Below, in pieces: positions 45,687 through 54,341 of a DNA stretch of 64,000 nt; the stretch's first letter is position 1; each line of letters begins with the position of its first letter. The notes beneath the pieces were generated by a model. It saw only the letters and a program-made list of their open reading frames with translations, was not told where the DNA came from and searched no databases. Made by a program: the position numbers and the translations under genes. This stretch comes from a virus (Duplodnaviria > Caudoviricetes), in the IMG/VR virus record IMGVR_UViG_3300032225_002400, positions 1 through 64,000 of that record. One strand, 5' to 3'.

Positions 45687-48600
45687 ATGGCTCAATTGAT
45701 AACCCCTCCTATTTGTATACCTGCGAGTATAAACTTTGGGTCTACAACAGTTGCTTCAACTTATTCTAATGCACTTTCTCCATGGAATGGTTCATCATTT
45801 ACATTTAATTGTACATTTTCTGTTTTAATTCAAGAAACAAGTTCTTACGATACAAATCCAATATTACAATATAATGCCAATAATCTAAGTGTTGGGATGT
45901 GGTTTGGACTTCCTAATGGAAATTGCTATAGAATACAATCAATAACATCAGTAAACGCACAAGGAACATCCTGTGTATTAGTATTAAAAGATGTTGATTT
46001 ATACAATTTAGTAGTAGATAATACAGGAAATGGAAACAACTTTCCTCCTGAAGGTTTTGTTGGGTTATTTTTTACTATAGGTTCAGATGGTCTTCCTGTA
46101 ATTACACCTACAGAACAAATAAGAAGTCAGATTGGTGATATTACCAATTGGCTTAATGATTTACATGATAGATTTAGATTTAGAAACTATATAACTGATT
46201 ATTTTACATTAAATATTAATGATAATAGTTATACAGGTATTGTAGAAGGAAACTTTGTTAAAATTAACTCTAGTGGTAGCTTTGTTAAAGTTACAGGAAC
46301 TACAGAAAATGATTTATTAAGCATCGCAGGTATAGTATCTTCAGCAGATACACCTGAACAAGGTAATTTAAGAGTTAGACCTTTAGGAAGAGTTGTTAGC
46401 AACTTAAATATTTTAGTTGGAAATATTGGAGATGTATTATATTTTGACCCAAATCAAATTGGTAGTCTTACTTCTACAAAGCCTGCAACAGGCGTTTTTC
46501 CTGTTTATATAAAATTAAGCTCGACAAGTGCTATATTAAAGAGTGGTGGCGTAGGTGCAAGCGGTACAGCAGGTACAGCAGGTTCTAGCGGAACTGCAGG
46601 AACAAGCGGAGCAACAGGAACAGCAGGAACTTCAGGTATAAATGGTGTATCAGGTGGTTTAATATATTGGATGAATCAATCTATTAATACAAGTAGTGCT
46701 TTTGGTACACCTACATATAAGCAATTAAGTACTAATCCAACTATAACAGGTCAAACAAGTCAAGATTTAACATTAGGAGCAGGAGCTACAGGTACATTTC
46801 AAACTTTTGCAACTGATAGCGGTGTTCCGGGTTTAACTTCAATACCTGCAGGGAATTGGGCATTTATAGTACACATACAAAATATAAATACAACTAATGG
46901 TTGGGATATTTATGTAGAGTTGTATACCTATACAATAGGTGGTACTTCAACTTTAGTACTTACAACTAATAGGGTTTTAATTTTAAATAATGTAGATATA
47001 CAACAAGTTTATGTTGATGGATTTTGGAATGGTGGAGCAATAAATTCTACAGATAGATTATATGCTAAAATAATTGGTAAAAATAACGGTACAGGTAGTA
47101 AAACTGCTACTTTTTATACAGAAGGAAGTTCATTTTATTCATACGCACAAACTACATTTAATGCTCCATCAGGAACAAGTGGTACAAGCGGAGTAAATGG
47201 CACATCAGGAACAAGCGGAACAAATGGCACATCAGGAACGAGTGCTTCTAGCGGAACTTCAGGAACAAATGGAACTAATGGAAGCTCAGGAAGTAGTGGT
47301 ACTACAGGAACTTCAGGTTCTAGTGGTAGCTCAGGTTCATCAGGCACTTCGGCAACAAGTGGAACAAGCGGAAGTTCTGGGTCTAGTGGTAGTTCAGGAA
47401 CTTCAGGTATTTCGGGTAGTTCTGGGACTAGCGGAAATTCGGGGTCTAGTGGAACCACAGGGACTAGTGGGACATCAGGAAGCTCTGGTATTACACCTTC
47501 AGTAAGTGGGGCTAGTGGTCAAATAGCTTACTTTAATGGTACTTCATCTATTACAAGTGATGCTACCTTTACTTATTCTCCTACTTCTCAACTATTAGTT
47601 AATAATAGTGTTACGGCTGCATCAGCAATAGCAAGAGGAACTAATCTTACTCCTACTCTTGTAGCAGCAGCTAATGGTGATGTATTAGTAGGATTAGATA
47701 TTAACCCTACGTTTACCAATGGTGCTTTTACAGGGGTATCAAACTATGGAGCAAGAATACAAAAGACTGCATTATTTAATGATACTTGGGCAAATACGCA
47801 AGCTATTTTTGGTAGTAGTGGTCAAGGCGGTAAAATAGCCTTTGCTAGAGGTCAAGACGGTTTTGCAGGTGCTACAATTGGATTTACAAACGCAGGCAGT
47901 TCAACCAACTTTGCAATAACAAATGTTTCTGGTGGTTTACTTGATATAACGCAGAATGCTGGAACATCTACATCACTAAGTGCTACGAATGCAAATGGCT
48001 TCGTATTAATAAGAGCAACAGGTGCTTCAGGCTACTTGCAATTTCAAACGGCAGGTACCGTAAATGCTCAAGTATTCTCCACAGGTAACTGGCTTTTACA
48101 ACAAGGAGGTACTTTTACAGATGCAGGATATAAATTAGATGTAGCAGGAACAACTCGTTTAAACGGATTACAAACCTTTGTAGGAACTACTGCAAGTGAT
48201 GGAGGACAATTAGGAGCTGAACTTTTATCATCTTCAGGTTGGACAAGTACAGGTTGGACAGGCTCTTATCCTTCGTTTACGCATACTACAGGTAATACTA
48301 CAAACTTAACAAATACGTTGGCTGCGGTTGTAGGTAATAACTATGCATTTACTTATACGATTACAACAAGAACGGCAGGTACAATTACCTTTTCTTTTGG
48401 TGGATTAACTTTTTCAGGAGCATCTTCTTCAGGTGTCGCTTATGGAAAAGCTACATCAACCGCTTCATTAGTTATTACACCTACTACTGATTTTGATGGA
48501 ACAGTTGTTATGTCTATTAAGCAAGTTACCGCAGGTTCAGCAACAACTACTTTCCAAAATAGTTCAGCAATTGCAAACATAGAAGTAAGAGCAAGTGGAG

Positions 48601-50618
48601 CTTCTGCAACTAATACATTTATAGGCTTAAATAGTGGTAGATATAACGTAACAGGGGGAACTCAAAATACTTCACTAGGAAGTGGAACTTTAGCATCTAT
48701 ATTAAATGCTATAAGCAATACTGCAATAGGATATAATGCAGGAACTTTGATTACAACAGGTGGTAGTAATACTTTAATAGGAGTAAATGCAGGTCAAACT
48801 ATTACAACAAGTTCTAATAATACATTAATAGGTTCAAACGCAGGTCAAGCTAATACTACAGGTTCAAATAATACAGCAGTAGGAGTAAGTGCTTTATTTA
48901 AAAATACAACAGGTGGTTACAACACAGCAGTAGGATTACTTGCTTTGTATAATAACACCACAGGTCAATTTAATAATGCAATAGGTGATAGTGCATTATC
49001 AGCAAATACAACAGGTCAGCAAAATAATGCTCAAGGTCATTATACGATGTATAACAACACTACAGGTTCTAATAATACTGCCTTAGGTAATAATGCCTTG
49101 CTTGCAAATACAACAGGTTCAAGTAATGTGGTAATAGGGAACGTTGCTGCAAATGCTGCTACTGTAGTTGATAATAGTATTATAATAGGAGCAGGTGCAC
49201 AACCAAATGCTTCTTCTCAAGCCAACCAAATAGTTATAGGATATAATATTACAGGCTTAGGTTCTAACACAACAATAATAGGTAATAGTTCAACGACTAC
49301 TGCTGCTATTTATGGTAACTTACTTTTAGGAACAACAACAGATTCAGGATATAAATTAGATGTAACAGGTACAGGTAGATTTACAGGAAATACAACAGTA
49401 AATGGTTTGGCAATAGCTGCTACTCCTTCTGCAAATAAACTAATTGCTTATGGTTCAACTAATATTGGTTTACCTCAATCTAGTGGTTCTACTTTTACAA
49501 CAGGTATAGCAAGGTTATATGATTCTACAAATGTTACAATAGACTTTGGTACTAATGGTGGTGTTTCTCCATATCCTGCTTGGATTCAAGTTAGAGATGT
49601 AACAAATATGGCAACAAACTATCCATTATTATTGCAACCTAATGGTGGTAATGTAGGTATTGGTACAAGTAGTCCTAGTACTACTTTAGATGTAAATGGT
49701 GCAACTAAGATTACTGGACCGGGAAATACTTTAACATTAGCAAAATCAAATAATTATCCTGCATTAGCTTGGCAAGGTTCAACATATACTAATTTAATTG
49801 AATCAGGTGATGGATATATGGCATTTACGCAAAGTGGTGCTGAAAGAATGCGTATTACAAGTGCAGGTGATGTAGTAGTAGGTGGAACTTCAGCAGTTAG
49901 TTCTGCGGCAGGCAGAGGAAATATTACAATAAATGGTTCTTCATCTGCATTTTTAGGATATAGCGTTGCAGGTTCAAGAGTAGGATATTTATTTCACGAT
50001 GGAGGTACATTCACATTAAATAATGATGTAGCTGGTACTATTGCATTTAATAATAATGGTGCTGAAAGAATGAGAATAACCTCAGCAGGTAATGTAGGTA
50101 TTGGTACAAGTAGTCCTGCTTATACATTAGAAGTCGCAGGTACTTTTAAAGTAGGTGGTAGTGCATATTTTACAGGTTCAGTTTATAATTATGTAGGAGA
50201 TTCTAGATTTTTTGCTCAAGGAGGAGGTAGTAATTATTTATATTCAGGTACTGCAAATATTACATTTGTTAACCAAGCTGATACTGCAACTTTAGCTACT
50301 ATTAATGGTACAACAGGTGTATATACTCCATTATCGGATATTAATAAAAAGAAAGATTTTGAAGCATCTACAATAGGATTAAATGAAATTTTACAATTAA
50401 AACCTACATTATATAGATTTAAATCAGAAGATGAAATTTCTATTAAGCAATTAGGATTTATTGCTCAAGAAGTTAAAGATTTTATTCCTCAAGCATACGA
50501 AGAAAGTGGCCAAGAAGATAAAAGGTTCATAGGATTAAACTATAATCCAATTGTTGCTGCGTTAGTAAAAGCAGTTCAAGAATTATCAGCACAAGTAGAA
50601 GAACTAAAAAATAAATAA
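45687..50618 (+). CDS. Large fibre/spike protein with GTS repeats, beta-helix repeats and C-terminal S74 chaperone
   Basis: GTSG tracts; 'NTAVG..AL..NTTG..N' repeats; 'SDINKKK...LKP..Y...GFIAQEV...Y..IV..LVKAVQEL'. Confidence 0.88.
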   Translation: MAQLITPPICIPASINFGSTTVASTYSNALSPWNGSSFTFNCTFSVLIQETSSYDTNPILQYNANNLSVGMWFGLPNGNCYRIQSITSVNAQGTSCVLVLKDVDLYNLVVDNTGNGNNFPPEGFVGLFFTIGSDGLPVITPTEQIRSQIGDITNWLNDLHDRFRFRNYITDYFTLNINDNSYTGIVEGNFVKINSSGSFVKVTGTTENDLLSIAGIVSSADTPEQGNLRVRPLGRVVSNLNILVGNIGDVLYFDPNQIGSLTSTKPATGVFPVYIKLSSTSAILKSGGVGASGTAGTAGSSGTAGTSGATGTAGTSGINGVSGGLIYWMNQSINTSSAFGTPTYKQLSTNPTITGQTSQDLTLGAGATGTFQTFATDSGVPGLTSIPAGNWAFIVHIQNINTTNGWDIYVELYTYTIGGTSTLVLTTNRVLILNNVDIQQVYVDGFWNGGAINSTDRLYAKIIGKNNGTGSKTATFYTEGSSFYSYAQTTFNAPSGTSGTSGVNGTSGTSGTNGTSGTSASSGTSGTNGTNGSSGSSGTTGTSGSSGSSGSSGTSATSGTSGSSGSSGSSGTSGISGSSGTSGNSGSSGTTGTSGTSGSSGITPSVSGASGQIAYFNGTSSITSDATFTYSPTSQLLVNNSVTAASAIARGTNLTPTLVAAANGDVLVGLDINPTFTNGAFTGVSNYGARIQKTALFNDTWANTQAIFGSSGQGGKIAFARGQDGFAGATIGFTNAGSSTNFAITNVSGGLLDITQNAGTSTSLSATNANGFVLIRATGASGYLQFQTAGTVNAQVFSTGNWLLQQGGTFTDAGYKLDVAGTTRLNGLQTFVGTTASDGGQLGAELLSSSGWTSTGWTGSYPSFTHTTGNTTNLTNTLAAVVGNNYAFTYTITTRTAGTITFSFGGLTFSGASSSGVAYGKATSTASLVITPTTDFDGTVVMSIKQVTAGSATTTFQNSSAIANIEVRASGASATNTFIGLNSGRYNVTGGTQNTSLGSGTLASILNAISNTAIGYNAGTLITTGGSNTLIGVNAGQTITTSSNNTLIGSNAGQANTTGSNNTAVGVSALFKNTTGGYNTAVGLLALYNNTTGQFNNAIGDSALSANTTGQQNNAQGHYTMYNNTTGSNNTALGNNALLANTTGSSNVVIGNVAANAATVVDNSIIIGAGAQPNASSQANQIVIGYNITGLGSNTTIIGNSSTTTAAIYGNLLLGTTTDSGYKLDVTGTGRFTGNTTVNGLAIAATPSANKLIAYGSTNIGLPQSSGSTFTTGIARLYDSTNVTIDFGTNGGVSPYPAWIQVRDVTNMATNYPLLLQPNGGNVGIGTSSPSTTLDVNGATKITGPGNTLTLAKSNNYPALAWQGSTYTNLIESGDGYMAFTQSGAERMRITSAGDVVVGGTSAVSSAAGRGNITINGSSSAFLGYSVAGSRVGYLFHDGGTFTLNNDVAGTIAFNNNGAERMRITSAGNVGIGTSSPAYTLEVAGTFKVGGSAYFTGSVYNYVGDSRFFAQGGGSNYLYSGTANITFVNQADTATLATINGTTGVYTPLSDINKKKDFEASTIGLNEILQLKPTLYRFKSEDEISIKQLGFIAQEVKDFIPQAYEESGQEDKRFIGLNYNPIVAALVKAVQELSAQVEELKNK

Positions 50619-50619
50619 T

Positions 50620-50913
50620 ATGAAAACAATTCAACCTGTCCAAAGTTGGACAAACGGACAATCAGTAGAAGCAACAATTCTAAATGCTTATGCAATCAAT
50701 GTTGCATTAGGAACATCAGCTACTTTCTATTATAGCCTATTAGATGATAATCTAGTTATGGTTGCTCAAGGCAATTTAACTATGAGTGGTGAGGCTTACA
50801 CACAATGGACAGTTGACCAATATGCTTGGGATTGGATAGCTACTGAACTTAAACTTACAATCACAGGGGATTATGTTGCACCTATTATAGAGGAATCAGT
50901 AGTAAGTGAATAA
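50620..50913 (+). CDS. Small fibre-associated protein
   Basis: 97 aa, directly after the fibre gene. Confidence 0.65.
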   Translation: MKTIQPVQSWTNGQSVEATILNAYAINVALGTSATFYYSLLDDNLVMVAQGNLTMSGEAYTQWTVDQYAWDWIATELKLTITGDYVAPIIEESVVSE

Positions 50914-50931
50914 ATTTATAAAAAAATAACA

Positions 50932-51097
50932 ATGCCAGATAAATCAGATATTGCTTTACGCAGTTTATGGAGAAAAAGATGGGGTTGATGAAAAAGGTAA
51001 TGATATAATGCAAGGGGTAGACTATTCTAAAATAGTGCCAACATTAATCGCAGCTATTCAAGAATTAAATGAAAGATTAAACAAAGCAGGGTTGTAG
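50932..51097 (+). pseudogene. Out-of-frame remnant of a second S74-chaperone fibre gene
   Basis: ATG 50932 gives an 18-aa peptide; the +1 frame from 50957 reads YAVYGEKDGVDEKGNDIMQGVDYSKIVPTLIAAIQELNERLNKAGL*. Confidence 0.75.
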
Positions 51098-51098
51098 C

Positions 51099-51106
51099 TA
51101 CATTTG
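51099..51106 (+). promoter_or_regulatory. -7 box (TACATTTG) upstream of the HNH gene
   Basis: TAnnTTTG match 20 nt before ATG 51127. Confidence 0.45.
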
Positions 51107-51126
51107 GATAATTAAATTAATTAAGT

Positions 51127-51555
51127 ATGAAAGAAATAAATCAAAAAACTTACAAATGTAAGGTTTGCGATGAAAATTTCATAAAAAGTAAAACCACAGA
51201 TAGATATTGCTCCCCAAAATGTGCCATAAGCGATTCTAAGCCTATTTCTAGGACTTTCACAAAGAAAACAGTATCTATATCAAACAAAAAATTTGATGCT
51301 GTAAAAAGCACCTTAAAATCAAATATTATAAAAGAAGAAGGATACATAAGTTGTCAATATTGTGGTATCAATAATAGTTTTATGTGGGAGACTCATCATA
51401 TATTCTTTAGGTCTGAAATGCCCAACCACAAATACCTTAACGACCCAAGAAACCTTATTGTCCTATGCTGTCAATGTCATAGATGGTTTCATGAGAAAAA
51501 AGACAATAGAAATAGCCTTGTAGAGCAAAGAGGACTAAAAGAATTATTTGCATAA
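51127..51555 (+). CDS. HNH endonuclease with N-terminal Zn finger
   Basis: 'CKVC...YCSPKC', 'CQYCG', 'ETHHI', 'NLIVLCCQCHRWFH'. Confidence 0.85.
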   Translation: MKEINQKTYKCKVCDENFIKSKTTDRYCSPKCAISDSKPISRTFTKKTVSISNKKFDAVKSTLKSNIIKEEGYISCQYCGINNSFMWETHHIFFRSEMPNHKYLNDPRNLIVLCCQCHRWFHEKKDNRNSLVEQRGLKELFA

Positions 51556-51598
51556 AATTTGTAAAAAATATATTAAATTTGACATTAAATTATAAAAT

Positions 51599-51988
51599 AT
51601 GGATATAGTATATAATTGGATATTGCAAAATGGGTGTATGGAAACAGCTCCTAATGATGATGGCTTAACAGATGTGGTTAAGTTTATTAATTGGAGAAGG
51701 TCTGCTACAACTATTGTAAATGAAAAAGAGTATTATACTTCTGTTTATGGACAATATGCTTGTTCTTCACCTAATCCAAGCGATTTCACTCCATATCAAG
51801 ACTTGCTAGAAAGTCAAGTAGAAGCTTGGCTTGAATCAGGTTTAAATGTACCTAGTATAGATTTAGGTTTAGCAAATGTTTTAGAATCATTAATTAATCC
51901 TCCTATTGTAGTTTTGCCTAATCCATGGGACCCTACCACATCTACTACAACTACAACTACTACTCAAATTATAGGTAAATCAATATAA
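51599..51988 (+). CDS. Fibre-associated protein (DUF7936-like) with Thr-rich tail
   Basis: 'W.......DGL.DVV..I.WR', 'F.PY..L....V..W'. Confidence 0.6.
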   Translation: MDIVYNWILQNGCMETAPNDDGLTDVVKFINWRRSATTIVNEKEYYTSVYGQYACSSPNPSDFTPYQDLLESQVEAWLESGLNVPSIDLGLANVLESLINPPIVVLPNPWDPTTSTTTTTTTQIIGKSI

Positions 51989-52013
51989 TTTTAATAACAA
52001 AAAAATCAAAAAA

Positions 52014-52223
52014 ATGAGTCAAGAAACACAAGAAACAAAACAATTGCCTATTCCTTCATTAACAGCAGAGCAAGTTCAAGTTTTGATAAACTACGCTAAC
52101 GAAAAATTACCAACAATGTATGGTAAAGAAATTTTAAGCTTTATTGAGAAAGTAGCTGTTGATTTAGACAGAGCATCTCAAACAAAAGTTGAAGAAGCTC
52201 AAATTGTAGAGAAAACAAACTAA
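52014..52223 (+). CDS. Hypothetical protein
   Basis: 69-aa ORF followed by a terminator. Confidence 0.7.
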   Translation: MSQETQETKQLPIPSLTAEQVQVLINYANEKLPTMYGKEILSFIEKVAVDLDRASQTKVEEAQIVEKTN

Positions 52224-52232
52224 TTACAAGAG

Positions 52233-52266
52233 AGGTAGGGCTAAAATCCTACCTTTTTTATTTTAT
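52233..52266 (+). terminator. Rho-independent terminator overlapping the 3' end of the convergent gene
   Basis: AGGTAGG-GCTAAAAT-CCTACCT-TTTTT; contains the minus-strand TAG at 52241-52243. Confidence 0.8.
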
Positions 52267-53317
52267 CTAATACAATGCCAAGGGTAATACTTTTATGGCA
52301 TTCAAATTGTCTTGGCGTATCTTCATGCTCAGGACACCAATTCCAAGAGCCTTTATTGAAGCGAAATGCAGGATTATGCCAACAACCATGACAAACATCC
52401 TCTTTTACTATCCTAATACAATTACTTTGAAATTCATGGTTTTTTGATGTAAAGTTGGAAATCATATACCCTTTCTTGCCAAGTGCCCAATTTAGCCAAC
52501 TAATGCCACTAGAAAGGCCTATATACCCATCTGCATGGTGTAGTATGTTCATCACATTTTGCAAGCATTTGTCTTCAGGTGTAATAATATTATCAAAATG
52601 AGTGCTTTGTTTAGATACTTCAACCACTTTATAGCCCATATTGATTAGCTCTTCAATTAGCTCTTGCCAATAATACCAATGCTTTAGTTGAGATGTAGAT
52701 ATGGTCGAAATAGCGATATATTTAGTTTCATAAGGCCTCTCTATTGGCTTAAAATCAATTATTGGTAATGTTTCTACAAAAGGTAGGTTTAAGATATTAG
52801 TAGCTGTTTTTTGCAAAGGTATGGTAGATGGTAAAACAGGTTCTTTCATCTTATCATAAAACCAACCTAAATCAAACATAGCATGTATATTGTTAACTAC
52901 AGAACCTCTAGCCACAAAAGTTAAATCAGAATACATATTTTCAAACAAATAATTATGAAAAGTAGAAACATGCACTTTACAATTATAATGTGTACTAAAC
53001 TCTCTACAATATGGAATCCATGCGATAGTATCTCCTAAACTTGAGCTTTCAAAATTTATAAATACATTTTTTCCTTCTATTTCATTTAATAAGTTAATCT
53101 GTTTAATAGTTCTTCCTTCATACTTTATCAATATACCTATATCTGAAAAGTACTTTCTATCTAATTTTGCCCAATGTTTTAAACCAAGTTTTACCTCATA
53201 AATAATACTATTGTCTTTTTTATCAATAAAAACAACATCGTATTCTCTATTTTTGCCTCCATCATCTACTATTTCAAAGTAAAGGCCTTGTACATGAGTT
53301 AACTTATATTCAATCAT
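52241..53317 (-). CDS. AAH/TibC-like O-heptosyltransferase (GT9-related)
   Basis: Minus strand: CAT at 53315-53317, CTA at 52241-52243 (track says +). 'SSLGDTIAWIPY', 'GLSSGISWL', 'VCHGCW...C' Cys cluster. Confidence 0.75.
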   Translation of the reverse strand: MIEYKLTHVQGLYFEIVDDGGKNREYDVVFIDKKDNSIIYEVKLGLKHWAKLDRKYFSDIGILIKYEGRTIKQINLLNEIEGKNVFINFESSSLGDTIAWIPYCREFSTHYNCKVHVSTFHNYLFENMYSDLTFVARGSVVNNIHAMFDLGWFYDKMKEPVLPSTIPLQKTATNILNLPFVETLPIIDFKPIERPYETKYIAISTISTSQLKHWYYWQELIEELINMGYKVVEVSKQSTHFDNIITPEDKCLQNVMNILHHADGYIGLSSGISWLNWALGKKGYMISNFTSKNHEFQSNCIRIVKEDVCHGCWHNPAFRFNKGSWNWCPEHEDTPRQFECHKSITLGIVLDKIKKVGF

Positions 53318-53321
53318 AATA

Positions 53322-54341
53322 CTACAAATTATTATATATTTCTATGTATTTATTCCTAATTGTTTGACTATCAAAATTTTGGAATTGTTTTACTGCATTA
53401 TACTTCTTCTCTAAATTTTTACAAACATTTAACCAATCATAAGATTCTCTTTTTATTGACATTTCTACAACTAATATGTCATATTTGCTAGATACAAAAT
53501 TTATACCTTTAATAACTTCTTCGGTATTTAATTCATTCATTACATACATCCCTTCAATTTTATCGGTTCCTTTATAAGTACCAACTATTGGTATACAACA
53601 GCTTGCAGCTTCTAATAAGGTTAAATTAGGATGACCAAACTCCAAATTAGATGGGTGTAAGAATATAGTATGGTCTTGAAATATCTTTAACTTTTCTGCT
53701 TCAGTAGGATTTGTGTCAATAATAGTCAACTTATCATAGTCTAATAAGTCTTTATGAATCTCAAAAAACTTGGTATTGGCATCTGCTCCAACTATAGTGA
53801 TAGGTAAGTTTAATGATTTAGCAGCTTCAATTCCATATCTAAATCCTTTTCTGTCTGCTGCATAATCACCTGCTACTCCGTTATTTGCACACATTAACAA
53901 TTTATGGTTGCTATAACCAAAATTAGGTATGTAGTAGCTAGTATCTACTCCATGAGATAAATAAAATAGCTTGTAGGTATCATCGAAATAATCTACTACA
54001 TATTCTGCAGGAGCTAAAGAAAACATTGATTTCTTCATAGCCTCTAATTGTTCTCTATAATTACCACTATTTTTACCAAAATGGTAGCTATGATGGTCAT
54101 GAGTTGAATAAACATACTCAATACCTCTTTTAGAAGCTTCTAAACATAAATTAGCAACATGAATATGTACTATATCATATTTATCAACGTCTACTGAATC
54201 TAACCATGTTAAATCTACTTCATGACCTAATTTTCTTAGGTTTTTAGTATATTCATCCATAATTAGCTCAACAGCTCCCCATCCTCTTTCTCCTGTAGGA
54301 AGTATTGGTATACTACTACTTATAACTTGTGCTATTCTCAT
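53322..54341 (-). CDS. Glycosyltransferase (GT4-like)
   Basis: Minus strand (CAT 54339-54341). 'WGAVELI', 'HGVD', 'KG', 'E.GHPNLTLLEAASC'. Confidence 0.85.
   Translation of the reverse strand: MRIAQVISSSIPILPTGERGWGAVELIMDEYTKNLRKLGHEVDLTWLDSVDVDKYDIVHIHVANLCLEASKRGIEYVYSTHDHHSYHFGKNSGNYREQLEAMKKSMFSLAPAEYVVDYFDDTYKLFYLSHGVDTSYYIPNFGYSNHKLLMCANNGVAGDYAADRKGFRYGIEAAKSLNLPITIVGADANTKFFEIHKDLLDYDKLTIIDTNPTEAEKLKIFQDHTIFLHPSNLEFGHPNLTLLEAASCCIPIVGTYKGTDKIEGMYVMNELNTEEVIKGINFVSSKYDILVVEMSIKRESYDWLNVCKNLEKKYNAVKQFQNFDSQTIRNKYIEIYNNL

Noticed and set aside
45687-50618. S74-chaperone fibre as proof of a tailed phage
   Set aside because: S74 chaperones fold trimeric fibres in many contexts and do not by themselves imply a tail. 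It remains the main counter-evidence to keep in mind for the tailless hypothesis.
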